From NCBI GenBank assembly GCA_964516055.1, contig CAZEYK010000001.1, positions 1 to 51,030 of the forward strand: a DNA stretch of 51,030 bases, read 5' to 3'. The stretch comes from an uncultured Gammaproteobacteria bacterium (GTDB lineage Bacteria > Patescibacteriota > Patescibacteriia > Magasanikbacterales > UBA922). Made by a program: the position numbers and the translations under genes. The notes under the pieces were generated by a model, which ran no database searches, was not told the origin of the DNA, and was given only the letters and a program-made list of their open reading frames with translations. Below, one piece after another: positions 15,356-25,244 of the stretch (positions are counted from its first letter, which is position 1; every line of letters starts with the position of its first letter).

Positions 15356-17323
15356 CTATATATGCAAACCACACTCATTATTACCCGTATCATGAAATCG
15401 TCCCTTTCTTTCTTCGTTAGCAACATCACTTTTTTTTGTACAAGGTTCACAACCTAAAGAAGTATATCCTTCATTATATAATGGATGATATGATAACTTA
15501 TACGTTCGTAAATATTCCCATACATCATCTTTTGTCCAAAATGCAATTGGATTATACTTTACAATATTTTCTGATTTTTCAATAATAGGAGTATATTGTC
15601 GTTGAACACTTTCATCACGACGTAATCCGGTAATCCATGCATCATACTTATCTAAAATGGGAACAATGGCAGGTTTTTTCATGGCACAACACATATACTG
15701 TCCTTCATGAATAAACGAATTTGCAAACGTACTTTTTATTTCAGAAATATCATCTTCAGTAGGACGAACCCACAAAAGATTCATATGAATTTCTTGCTCT
15801 AATTCTTTTGCAAAACGAAGTGTCTCTGGAAATTCATATCCAGTATCAATACTAACAAACAAAGCATCAGACTTAATTTGCATAACTAAATCAGCAATAA
15901 CTCGAGAATCCTTACCAAATGAACAAGCAACAAACAAATTTGGATGAACCAAAAATGCATGTTCAATAATTATTTTTGAAAGTTCTACCTTTTCTTCAAG
16001 AGTTATGTTTTTTTTAGGAACATCCAATAAAAGAGGTTCTTCTTGAATGTCAGGCAACATTTTTTTCTCTGATGGAGTAATAACCCCAGCAGCAACAGTA
16101 TCTCCTGTAACTTCATCAATTAATATAAAACTTCCCAATTTTTTATTCTTCTTGTATGAATCAAAAACAAATGGTTCATGAGTAGTAAAACGCACCTTAC
16201 CTATCTGATTAAGTTCCACTTGAGAGGCTTCTTGATATTCCCCATTCAAAACATCAATAACAGAAAAAACAGTATTAATAAAACAAAAAGTCTCCTTTGT
16301 CGTTTGTTTGATAATATATCTATTTTTCTTTACCGCAGGTTGTTTATTAAACCAAAACACCACAGCATCAATATTGTTAGAAACAATAGGTTCATTACCA
16401 ACACGCACCACAATATCCCCTCGACTGACATCAATTTGGTCAACAAAACTCATAACAGCAGCCTGTCCATTAAACGCATAACTCACATCTTCTTCTGCTA
16501 CAGAAATATGTTCAATAAAAGATTCAACACCTGATGGTAAAACTTTTATATTATCTCCAACAAGAAATACTCCTCCAGCGACAGTCCCTGCATACCCTCG
16601 AAAATCTTGATCAGGACGAACAACATATTGCACAGGAAAACGAGCATCCACCATATTACGGGAAGAGATAACAGGAACATCATGAATATATTCAAGTACT
16701 GTCTGACCAAAATACCATAACAAATTATTGCCACGAGTAGCAACCATATCACCTTTTAAAGCAGAAACCGGAATAAACTGAATATTTTTTATACCAATAT
16801 TTCTCGTAAACAATTGAACATCATCCCTTATGTTTTCAAAAACACCTTGATCATATGACACCATATCCATTTTATTCACAACAACTGCGACATGGGGAAT
16901 ATTCAATAAAGAAAGGACAAAAAAATGACGTCTTGTTTGCACAGTCATTCCTTTTCTTGCGTCAATCACAATCAATGCAACTTGAGAATGAGAAGCACCT
17001 GTAACCATATTTCTTGTATATTCTTCATGACCAGGAACATCGGCAATAATAAACGTTCTTTGATTAGAAGAAAAATATCTATATGCTACATCAATAGTAA
17101 TTTTTTGTTCTCGCTCAGCTTCAAGACCATCTGTAAAAAGTGAATAATCAAGTTCATCCTCAATGTGTTCAGTATTTTCAACAGCTTGTATTTGATCTTC
17201 ATACACATTACCCGTATCATAAAGAAGCCTTCCTATTAAAGTTGATTTTCCATCATCTACACTTCCAGCAATAACAAGAGTAAGTAATTCCATGTTTCGA
17301 TTGTATTTACGTTTATTCTCCAT
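15356..17323 (-). CDS. cysN: Fusion: sulfate adenylyltransferase subunit 1 (CysN GTPase) + Fe-S type APS/PAPS reductase (CysH family)
   Basis: CysN part (aa 1-417): GSVDDGKSTLIGRLL, DVPGHEEY, NKMD. CysH part (aa ~441-655, nt 16003-15359): PP-loop-like ACSFGKDS, the Cys pair QYMCCAMKKP, GCEPCT, and the C-terminal ECGLH motif. Confidence 0.85.
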   Translation of the reverse strand: MENKRKYNRNMELLTLVIAGSVDDGKSTLIGRLLYDTGNVYEDQIQAVENTEHIEDELDYSLFTDGLEAEREQKITIDVAYRYFSSNQRTFIIADVPGHEEYTRNMVTGASHSQVALIVIDARKGMTVQTRRHFFVLSLLNIPHVAVVVNKMDMVSYDQGVFENIRDDVQLFTRNIGIKNIQFIPVSALKGDMVATRGNNLLWYFGQTVLEYIHDVPVISSRNMVDARFPVQYVVRPDQDFRGYAGTVAGGVFLVGDNIKVLPSGVESFIEHISVAEEDVSYAFNGQAAVMSFVDQIDVSRGDIVVRVGNEPIVSNNIDAVVFWFNKQPAVKKNRYIIKQTTKETFCFINTVFSVIDVLNGEYQEASQVELNQIGKVRFTTHEPFVFDSYKKNKKLGSFILIDEVTGDTVAAGVITPSEKKMLPDIQEEPLLLDVPKKNITLEEKVELSKIIIEHAFLVHPNLFVACSFGKDSRVIADLVMQIKSDALFVSIDTGYEFPETLRFAKELEQEIHMNLLWVRPTEDDISEIKSTFANSFIHEGQYMCCAMKKPAIVPILDKYDAWITGLRRDESVQRQYTPIIEKSENIVKYNPIAFWTKDDVWEYLRTYKLSYHPLYNEGYTSLGCEPCTKKSDVANEERKGRFHDTGNNECGLHI

Positions 17324-17326
17324 ACA

Positions 17327-18235
17327 CTAAAAATAGCCTTGTTTTTTTTTATGTTCCATTGAAGTGTCAGATGTTTTATCAATTGCCCTATTACTTCTTT
17401 CGGACTGTTTTGCTTCCAAAACTTCACAAAGGATTTCCTCAACTGTTTTTGCACATGACAATACGGCACCAGTAGAAGGTGAACACCCTAAAGTTCGATA
17501 ACGAGCTTCTGCTTCTATAACTTCTTCCCCTTCTCGAGCAATCACATAATTGTCCAACGCATAAAAACTATTATTGCGCTTCACCAATTTTCTTTTCTCG
17601 GCAAAATAGAGTGAGACAACTTCAATCTTTTCTTGAAGAATATACGCCCAGATATCGGCTTCAGTCCAATTAGACAATGGAAAAACGCGCATACTCTGTC
17701 CATTCTGTAATTGAGTATTGTATAAATTCCATAACTCAGGTCTTTGTAATTTTGGATTCCAACCACTGTGTTCATTACGAACAGAAAAAATACGTTCTTT
17801 TGCACGAGATTTTTCTTCTTCACGTCTAGCGCCACCAATTGCGGCATCAAAACGATACCTTTCAAGAGCGTCAAGTAAAGGCTTCGTTTTTTTATGATAA
17901 ATATAATTATCAGTATGTGCATCATTCGGACCAAAAGACAAAGCCTCCAAAGAATCATTTTTTTCAACAATCAGTTGCACACCAATTTTATCTATATAAT
18001 AATCACGAAATTCAATCATCTCTCTAAATTTAAACCCTGTGTCAACGTGCAAAAGAGGAAAAGGAATCTTTCCTGGGAAAAAAGCCTTTTGTGCTAAACG
18101 TAACAAAACTGAAGAATCCTTACCAATAGAATAAAGAAGGACAGGACGACGAAATGTCGCAGCGACCTCACGAAAAATATAAATACTTTCTGCTTCAAGC
18201 TGCTTAAGCGATGATAATTGATATTTTTCCCCCAT
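17327..18235 (-). CDS. cysD: Sulfate adenylyltransferase subunit 2
   Basis: LKQLEAESIYIFREVAA..PVLLYSIGKDSSVLLRLA PP-loop. Length is 302 aa. It ends 3 nt before the cysN fusion start. Confidence 0.85.
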   Translation of the reverse strand: MGEKYQLSSLKQLEAESIYIFREVAATFRRPVLLYSIGKDSSVLLRLAQKAFFPGKIPFPLLHVDTGFKFREMIEFRDYYIDKIGVQLIVEKNDSLEALSFGPNDAHTDNYIYHKKTKPLLDALERYRFDAAIGGARREEEKSRAKERIFSVRNEHSGWNPKLQRPELWNLYNTQLQNGQSMRVFPLSNWTEADIWAYILQEKIEVVSLYFAEKRKLVKRNNSFYALDNYVIAREGEEVIEAEARYRTLGCSPSTGAVLSCAKTVEEILCEVLEAKQSERSNRAIDKTSDTSMEHKKKQGYF

Positions 18236-18275
18236 AAAAAAACTTTTTTAGATACTAATTTTTAAAAAATTCTTA

Positions 18276-19301
18276 CTAATATAAATCTTCAATAAGAACC
18301 AAAGTATCCTCTTCAATAAATTTTTTAACCTTTTTTCCTAATACTTTATGAACATACCCCGTAGCAAGGCCCTTACCAGGTCGCTTAAATACGATATCAC
18401 TCCTTTCAAGAACTTTACCAACGGGGATATCCTTAGCAGCCACAATACTTTGACTTGCCCATCCCCTTGCAGCAATTATATGATCAACACGATTGGAACT
18501 TGCAGGAAGAATAGATGCTTCAACATCACGAATTTGTTTAACCATTTGCTTTAAATCTTCAGGATCACATGAAACAGGACAATCAAATGATCTTTTATCT
18601 GTTTTATCAAAAGAAAGATGTTTTTCAATAAGTTTTGCACCAAGCGCAACAGCCGCAATAGGAATATGTAAACCAATAGTATGATCGGAATATCCAATAG
18701 GACAATCTAATTGATTCTTTAACTGAGTAATAGTTCCCAAACTATTTATATCAACAGGAGTAGGATAAATAGTATTGCAATGCAACGCGACAATATCAAT
18801 GAGTCCCTCAGATTCCATAATAGAAAGAGAATTATGAATTTCTTCAACCGATTTATGGAGACCAAAAGAAACAATAACAGGCTTACCCCGAGAAGCAACA
18901 TTACGCAAAAAATCATTATTAATACTTTCTCCAGAACCAATCTTAAAAAATGGAATATCTAAATCTTTATCAATAAATTCTAAATCAACTTCCGTATGAG
19001 AAGTAACAAAAAAATCGATATTACGAATTTCACAATATTCCTTCAACATTCGTAAATCATTATATGAAAGTTCTTTATACTTTAATCGACTATACCAATA
19101 AGGATCTACCTTTTTTGAAACAAGTGCTTCCGTCGTTTGTGCTTGAAACTTAATAGCATCAGCACCAGCAGCCATAGCAGCATCTACCTGCCTCTTTGCA
19201 AGTGCAATGTCACCCCAATTTGTTAAACCTCCTTCTGCAACGATGTAGACAGGATATTCTTCACCGATGAAACCGTTACCAATACGTACTTTATTATTCA
19301 T
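18276..19301 (-). CDS. NeuB-family nonulosonic acid synthase (divergent), copy 1
   Basis: YIVAEGGLTNWGDIALAKRQVDAAMAAGADAIKFQ, compared with canonical IAEIGxNHNG. Metal-ligand contexts ALHCNTIYPTP and GYSDHTIG. C-terminal SAF-like IVAAKDIPVGKVLERSDIVFKRPGKG. Confidence 0.75.
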   Translation of the reverse strand: MNNKVRIGNGFIGEEYPVYIVAEGGLTNWGDIALAKRQVDAAMAAGADAIKFQAQTTEALVSKKVDPYWYSRLKYKELSYNDLRMLKEYCEIRNIDFFVTSHTEVDLEFIDKDLDIPFFKIGSGESINNDFLRNVASRGKPVIVSFGLHKSVEEIHNSLSIMESEGLIDIVALHCNTIYPTPVDINSLGTITQLKNQLDCPIGYSDHTIGLHIPIAAVALGAKLIEKHLSFDKTDKRSFDCPVSCDPEDLKQMVKQIRDVEASILPASSNRVDHIIAARGWASQSIVAAKDIPVGKVLERSDIVFKRPGKGLATGYVHKVLGKKVKKFIEEDTLVLIEDLY

Positions 19302-19334
19302 AAAATAATAATTTATTTAAGAATTAAAAAATAC

Positions 19335-20492
19335 CTATACTGATTGTTCCCACTTCACTTTTGGCATAATAGTATCTTTATCAATATTATCCTTATATTC
19401 AATAATCTTTTTCAACATACTGTCCACCAAAACGTCAGACAATTTTTGTGGTTTCAAGCCAAGATCAATGAATTTCGTATGAACAGGATTAAAATAATGT
19501 GTTTCCATCTCCTTTCGAGGATTTTCAATATTCATTATTTTCACATCAAGACCAAATTTCTTCCCTGATTCTTGAACAAGCATTGCAAGCTGATTAATTG
19601 AAAATGTTTCAGTAAACTGATTATAAATTTTAAATTCACCAGGCTCAGAAGGGTTAAGGACAGCAAGTTCAACACACTGCAATGTATCAAGAATATTCAA
19701 AAATGCACGTTTTTGTTCCCCTTTTCCATAAGGAGTAATAGGAAGACCTGCAATAGCTTGCACACAAAAACGATTTAATGCCGTACCAAAAATTTCATCA
19801 TAATGAAAACTGGTACATAATTTTTCATGAAATAGTGTTTCTTCCGTTTCAATACCATAAACAACACCTTGGTTTAAATCAGTTGCCCTAAGATTCCAGG
19901 TATTAACAGCAAAATAAATATTATTACTATCATGTACTTTTGAAAGATGATAAAAAGAACCTGGTCTTTTTGGAAATAACACACGATCTTTTCTTCCTTT
20001 ATGTTCTACATCAAGATATCCTTCTTCAATATCAATATTTGGTGTTCCATATTCTCCCATGGTACCAAGTTTAACCAAATGTGCATGTGGACAATGTTTT
20101 TTTATAGCAAATAAAACATTTAAATTTCCAATAACATTATTTGTTTGAGTAATAATAGCCTGTTCATTTCCACTCATGGAAAATGGCGCGGAAGGTTGTT
20201 CTCCATAATGGACAATGGCATCCGGTCTAAAATCCTCAAAAACTTTATGAACAAAACGAGTATTCACCAAATCGCCAACATACATTTTTATATCTTTCCC
20301 TGTCACGTCTTTCCACACACGAATACGCTCATGAAGCGTAGCAACTTCAGGTAATGGTTTAATTCCCATTTCCATTTCCCACTTTCTTTTATTGAAGTTA
20401 TCTAACACAGCAACCTCATACCCTTTTCGAGAAAAGTACATTGCAGTAGGCCAACCAAGGTACCCATCTCCTCCCAAAATCAAAATCTTCAT
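19335..20492 (-). CDS. sqdB: UDP-sulfoquinovose synthase
   Basis: Long near-identical blocks match the SQD1/SqdB sequence as I recall it. They are ILGGDGYLGW, LVKLGTMGEYGTPNIDIEEGY, SFYHLSKVHDS (Tyr/His/Lys catalytic context), ATDLNQGVVYG and FGTALNRFCVQA. Confidence 0.88.
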   Translation of the reverse strand: MKILILGGDGYLGWPTAMYFSRKGYEVAVLDNFNKRKWEMEMGIKPLPEVATLHERIRVWKDVTGKDIKMYVGDLVNTRFVHKVFEDFRPDAIVHYGEQPSAPFSMSGNEQAIITQTNNVIGNLNVLFAIKKHCPHAHLVKLGTMGEYGTPNIDIEEGYLDVEHKGRKDRVLFPKRPGSFYHLSKVHDSNNIYFAVNTWNLRATDLNQGVVYGIETEETLFHEKLCTSFHYDEIFGTALNRFCVQAIAGLPITPYGKGEQKRAFLNILDTLQCVELAVLNPSEPGEFKIYNQFTETFSINQLAMLVQESGKKFGLDVKIMNIENPRKEMETHYFNPVHTKFIDLGLKPQKLSDVLVDSMLKKIIEYKDNIDKDTIMPKVKWEQSV

Positions 20493-21433
20493 ACAATATT
20501 TGTTAATTTAGAATATTCTTCTTTAAAATAAATAAGTGTTTTATTAATACCATCTTCAAGTGTCACTTCCGGTTTCCAATTTAATTCTTTTTGTGTAACG
20601 CTGTTATCAAGGCAACTTCTCAAAATTTCACCAAGCAATGCCTCGCCATTATGTACGTGTACTGAAACATCAAGTTTTTGAGCAATAACCTGAAATAATT
20701 TATTTACACTACACTCCTTTCCAGTACTAACATTGTAAGTATTCAATGTATTTCCATTTTGTTCACCAGCAAGAACATTCACTCTTGCAATATCTTCCAC
20801 ATAAATAAAATCCCGAGTTTGCTCTCCACTACCATTGATCACAGGGGTAACACCTTCAAGTAAATTTTTAATAAATACAGCAACTACACCACCTTCTCCC
20901 TTCCTATCTTGCCTCGGACCATAAACATTGCTATATCTCAAGATGGTAACCGGCATGCCATAAACAGTATTATAATAATATAAATACTGTTCACCCGCCA
21001 ACTTATCAATACCATATGGAGAAATTGGTTTTGTCGAATGATCAAGTGTCGTTGGAAGCTGATCAGTATTCCCATATAATGCTCCTCCTGTAGAAGAAAA
21101 GACAAAACGCGAAATATTATATTTTCGTGCATATTCCAACAAATTCACCATTCCATGAACATTATTATAGATATCATTAAGTGGATCATTCACAGATTTT
21201 CTTACATTTGTAGCAGCAGCGAGATGACAAACAACATCAATCCTTTCATGAAAAAAAATATCCGATAAATCATCCGCAATATTCCGTCTATATATTGGAA
21301 CTCCTTTGGGAATATTATAATCTTTCCCAGTGCTAAAATCATCCAATACGATAGGATAATGACCGCTAACAATAAATTGTTCAACAACATGTGAGCCAAT
21401 AAAACCAGCACCACCAGTAACTAAAATACGCAT
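20489..21433 (-). CDS. NAD-dependent sugar-nucleotide 4-epimerase (GalE-like)
   Basis: MRILVTGGAGFIGSHV and the YxxxK motif in SPYGIDKLAGEQY. ATGA overlap with the sqdB start. Confidence 0.75.
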   Translation of the reverse strand: MRILVTGGAGFIGSHVVEQFIVSGHYPIVLDDFSTGKDYNIPKGVPIYRRNIADDLSDIFFHERIDVVCHLAAATNVRKSVNDPLNDIYNNVHGMVNLLEYARKYNISRFVFSSTGGALYGNTDQLPTTLDHSTKPISPYGIDKLAGEQYLYYYNTVYGMPVTILRYSNVYGPRQDRKGEGGVVAVFIKNLLEGVTPVINGSGEQTRDFIYVEDIARVNVLAGEQNGNTLNTYNVSTGKECSVNKLFQVIAQKLDVSVHVHNGEALLGEILRSCLDNSVTQKELNWKPEVTLEDGINKTLIYFKEEYSKLTNIV

Positions 21434-21457
21434 ATTCTAAGAATAGTTTTCTAAATA

Positions 21458-21486
21458 AGAATAACAAATGGCTATGGACAAGTCAA
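21458..21486 (-). promoter_or_regulatory. Possible internal sigma70-like promoter
   Basis: On the minus strand: TTGACT (21486-21481), 17-nt spacer, TATTCT (21463-21458), about 25 nt upstream of ATG 21433. It lies in one of the few gaps over 80 bp in the array. Confidence 0.3.
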
Positions 21487-21523
21487 GAGGAAAAATAAGC
21501 CTATTTTATCTAATTTAAAACAA

Positions 21524-22660
21524 TTAATACGTAATTTTTTTCATCAATAGGTCATCATCAACATCAATATTCCGAATAATTTCATAAATTTTTTTCCCTG
21601 CTGTACCATCACCAAATATATAATTATTAACAATTTTATTACGAAATTCATAGCTTGTTGCTTTATCAATAGCCTCAAGAATATCTTCTTTAACAGGATT
21701 ACAAGAAATAACGTTCACATCCCGGACCCTTCCTTCTTGACGTTTTCCAACAGTAACACTCGGCAAACCAAAATAAGGAGTTTCAATAAGACCTGAACTT
21801 GAATTACCAATAAAAAATGACGCGCCATCCATCAACCCCCAAAAATCTAAAGCATCTATATTTTTATGTACAGAAAAATACGGAACAGTACGAAACTCAT
21901 CAAGTGCACGTAAAGTTCCTTGATAACCTTGGTCACTACAGGGGTAAATCACGAGCGTCCGTATCCCATAATCCCTAAGAGCACCATATACAGATAAAGC
22001 TTCATCATATGACGCACATTCTTTCAAGGTCATAGGATGTTGAATACAAATGGCATAAGGCTCTTCTTCACCAATAGCATACATACGACGAACATCCCGA
22101 TTATTAGTAAATCTTCCTTGCATAACAAAATCAATATATGTAGCACCAACAGTATGTACCCGATGAGATTCTTCACCGAGTTTCAAAATACGATCAGCAC
22201 TATCCGCAGATGAAGGAAAATGTAGATGAGAAAGTTTAGTAATAGCATGAATTCTATTTCCATCCCTATTTCCAGCGACATCACCACCAAGAATATGTGC
22301 AACTGGAATATTTAACTCCATAGCCGCAATAGTAGCTGAAAGAACCTCTCCCCTATCACCCAAAGTAATCAATATATCTGGACGTGCTTCACTAAGCACA
22401 TCCACCATACGAGAAACAAATAGACCCAACGCCCGTCCACGCTCAACAGCCGAATCATCTTTCTGACCAAATACAACCTTATATGAAATAGGAAAAAATC
22501 GTTCAACTTCTTTTGCAGTATAGCCAAATATATTTGACAGATGCATATCTGTCACAATTAATTGCAATTCCATCAAAGGATCATTCTGGATCATCTCCAT
22601 TAACCCAATCATGGCCCCAAACCCGCCTCGTTTACCACTCAATACAGCGACCTTTTTCAT
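21524..22660 (-). CDS. Hydrolysing UDP-N-acetylglucosamine 2-epimerase (NeuC family), copy 1
   Basis: MKKVAVLSGKRGGFG, LGDRGEVLSATIAAMELNIPVAHILGGDV, HAITKLSHLHFPS. Confidence 0.8.
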   Translation of the reverse strand: MKKVAVLSGKRGGFGAMIGLMEMIQNDPLMELQLIVTDMHLSNIFGYTAKEVERFFPISYKVVFGQKDDSAVERGRALGLFVSRMVDVLSEARPDILITLGDRGEVLSATIAAMELNIPVAHILGGDVAGNRDGNRIHAITKLSHLHFPSSADSADRILKLGEESHRVHTVGATYIDFVMQGRFTNNRDVRRMYAIGEEEPYAICIQHPMTLKECASYDEALSVYGALRDYGIRTLVIYPCSDQGYQGTLRALDEFRTVPYFSVHKNIDALDFWGLMDGASFFIGNSSSGLIETPYFGLPSVTVGKRQEGRVRDVNVISCNPVKEDILEAIDKATSYEFRNKIVNNYIFGDGTAGKKIYEIIRNIDVDDDLLMKKITY

Positions 22661-22672
22661 ATATCAATTAAC

Positions 22673-23668
22673 TTATAATACAGCCTTGATACTTTGTGTA
22701 TCCAAAAAATTTTGAGAACTATATGAAAAATCGCAGATAACATTATTAAATCCTTCATACTCTGTATTGACTGATTGAACATTATCAATCAAAATCTCTG
22801 GAAGTAATACATATAATTTTTTATTCTCAATTAACGTTTGAGACAACTCACTTTCCGTAAATAAATCCTCATGCATTTTTTCTCCCGGAAATAAACCTAT
22901 CTTAGTAATAGTAACTCCACTATCAGGAAAAAATTTATCAATAAACGCCCTGGCTAATTCACCAAGTTCAATAGATTTCATTTTAAGAACAAAAATCTCA
23001 CCACCTTTTGCCAATACCGCAGAAGTCAATACAAGATCAATAGCTTCATTAGTATGCATAAAAAATCTTGTCATCTCTGAATTGGTAATAGTAATATTAT
23101 TATTCTCTTCAACTTGTTCCTTCCAAATAGGCAAAACAGAACCACGAGACCACATAACATTACCAAACCGTACACAAGAAAATTTAGTTTGAGCATTTCC
23201 CGAATAATAATTTGCATTCACAACTAACTTTTCCATCATCAACTTAGAAACTCCCATAATACTCGTTGGATTGACTGATTTGTCAGATGATATTGCTACT
23301 AATTTTTCAACATTATGTTCAATTGCGACGTCAATAACATTTTGAGTTCCCATGATATTTGTTTTTACTACTTCAAACGGATTATATTCACAAATAGCCA
23401 CGTGCTTGAGAGCCGCAGCATGAAATACAATATCTACTCCATCAAAAGCTCTTCGCAATCGATCTTTATCCCGAATATCACCAAGAAAAAGACGTAAATT
23501 TTCTGGATTACCTAACTTTTTTTGTAAATAAAATTGCTTATGTTCATCACGAGAATATACTCGAACTTGTTTTGGATTAAATGCCAAAATTTTTTTGACA
23601 AGTTCAGATCCAATCCAACCAGTGCCACCGGTGACCAAAACTATTTTATTCTCAAATTTATGTTTCAT
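22673..23668 (-). CDS. Short soluble CapD/PglF-type nucleotide-GlcNAc 4,6-dehydratase
   Basis: VLVTGGTGWIGSELV, YSRDEHKQ, and PTSIMGVSKLMMEK. Met sits at the usual SDR Tyr position, as in the PglF/WbpM/CapD family NVMGATK. Confidence 0.75.
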   Translation of the reverse strand: MKHKFENKIVLVTGGTGWIGSELVKKILAFNPKQVRVYSRDEHKQFYLQKKLGNPENLRLFLGDIRDKDRLRRAFDGVDIVFHAAALKHVAICEYNPFEVVKTNIMGTQNVIDVAIEHNVEKLVAISSDKSVNPTSIMGVSKLMMEKLVVNANYYSGNAQTKFSCVRFGNVMWSRGSVLPIWKEQVEENNNITITNSEMTRFFMHTNEAIDLVLTSAVLAKGGEIFVLKMKSIELGELARAFIDKFFPDSGVTITKIGLFPGEKMHEDLFTESELSQTLIENKKLYVLLPEILIDNVQSVNTEYEGFNNVICDFSYSSQNFLDTQSIKAVL

Positions 23669-24785
23669 ATGCTCTTAAAGTAGAAATAAGATATTCAATA
23701 ATAGCTTTAATATCCTCTTTTGTCAACCCTATATAGAACGGTAAAGCAAGGGAAGAAGCACTTACAGATTCCGATACAGGAAACATTCCCTCTGTATTAA
23801 TTGAAAAATTTTTTTGATAATAATCAGAAAGATGAATTGACGGCAAATAAGGTTTTGTACTAACTCCTTGTTTGGCAAGATCAAGTATCAAATGGTCCCT
23901 TTTATCAACATATTTTTGCAATCTTACTACATATACAAACCATGTATTAGTTGTATAATCAGCAGTTTGAGGGGAAGTAACCATATCAGAGTATGAAGCC
24001 AAAGCTTCTTCATACCAAAGTGCAATTTTTTGCCGTTCAGAAATAAAATAATCAAGTTTAGCAAGTTGAGTAATTCCAAGAGAAGCACTCATTTCATCCA
24101 TTCTATAATTATATCCAAGATGTACGTGATCCAACCACTGCAGGTTATCAGATCTTCCTTGGTTACGTAGACTTGCACACAATTTATAAATCCTCTCATC
24201 ATTTGTCACAATCATACCACCCTCTCCAGTAGTCATCTGCTTATTAGCATAAAAAGCAAAAACTCCAGACTCCCCAATTCCACCAACTTTTGTTCCCTTA
24301 TACTCAGCGCAAAGAGATTCACAAGCATCTTCTATCACATGGAGATTGTATTTCTTAGCCAACTCCATAATTGGATCCATATCAGCAGATTGCCCAAAAA
24401 TATGTGGGATAACAATCGCCGTTGTCTTGTCAGTAATAACTTTTTCAATCAATGCTGGATCCAAGTTATAAGTCATTTCATCAACATCAACAAATATAGG
24501 CGTAGCACCAACATAAACAATACAATTAGACGAAGCAATAAAAGAAAATGGAGAAGTAATAACCTCATCACCAGGTTTAACCCCTGCAGCAATTAAAGTT
24601 AAGTGAAGACCACAAGTACCACTACTAACAGCACAGGCATATTTCGTCCCAACTTTTTCTGCAAACTGACGTTCAAACTCTTGATACTTTGGCCCCAAGC
24701 TTAAACATCCAGAACGAAGTACTTCAAGTACACCGTCCTCATCAACTTTATCTAGATATGGTTTTGCTAATGGATATTTATTCAT
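23658..24785 (-). CDS. DegT/DnrJ/EryC1-family PLP sugar aminotransferase (PglE/LegC-like)
   Basis: LGPKYQEFERQFAEKVGTKYACAVSSGTCGLHL. PLP-lysine context FYANKQMTTGEGGMIVT. Confidence 0.85.
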   Translation of the reverse strand: MNKYPLAKPYLDKVDEDGVLEVLRSGCLSLGPKYQEFERQFAEKVGTKYACAVSSGTCGLHLTLIAAGVKPGDEVITSPFSFIASSNCIVYVGATPIFVDVDEMTYNLDPALIEKVITDKTTAIVIPHIFGQSADMDPIMELAKKYNLHVIEDACESLCAEYKGTKVGGIGESGVFAFYANKQMTTGEGGMIVTNDERIYKLCASLRNQGRSDNLQWLDHVHLGYNYRMDEMSASLGITQLAKLDYFISERQKIALWYEEALASYSDMVTSPQTADYTTNTWFVYVVRLQKYVDKRDHLILDLAKQGVSTKPYLPSIHLSDYYQKNFSINTEGMFPVSESVSASSLALPFYIGLTKEDIKAIIEYLISTLRAYET

Positions 24786-24838
24786 ATTTTTTATAAAAAA
24801 TTAATATATTTGGCAAACTGCACTAAATAAACAAAAAT

Positions 24839-25237
24839 TTAACGTATACTACGAATGATTTTTGCAGGACATCCTACAGCAACCACATAAGAAGGAATAT
24901 CTTTATTTACAAAACTATGTGCACCAATAACACTATGTTCACCTATTGTCACTCCTGGCATAATAATCGTATGTGCACCAATACAAACATTTTTTCCTAA
25001 AGTAACTTTTCCCTGTTTATTATCAATAGTAGAAACAGAATATATAGCACAATGAGCACCTATTTGAACATTATCTCCAATATCAACACCATATTTTGCA
25101 TTAATATAACAAAAAGCACCAATATCAGTATAGAGACCTAATACAAAATTTTTAACATGACGCACAATCCAATGCCATTGTGTCATTTTCCCTTCTTCAA
25201 TGACAGGAGGAATCCACTGAACAAATCTTTTTTCCAT
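24839..25237 (-). CDS. Left-handed beta-helix (hexapeptide) acetyltransferase
   Basis: Hexapeptide repeats IGDNVQIGAHCAIYS / IGAHTIIMPGVTIGEHSVIGAHSFV. Confidence 0.8.
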   Translation of the reverse strand: MEKRFVQWIPPVIEEGKMTQWHWIVRHVKNFVLGLYTDIGAFCYINAKYGVDIGDNVQIGAHCAIYSVSTIDNKQGKVTLGKNVCIGAHTIIMPGVTIGEHSVIGAHSFVNKDIPSYVVAVGCPAKIIRSIR

Positions 25238-25244
25238 ATGATAT

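Noticed and set aside
15356-18235. CysD/CysN/CysH as ordinary housekeeping assimilatory sulfate reduction.
   Set aside because: No sulfite reductase, APS kinase or cysteine synthase is nearby. The genes are wedged inside a glycan operon next to a sulfite-consuming SqdB. The housekeeping reading remains possible and is listed as a refutation test.
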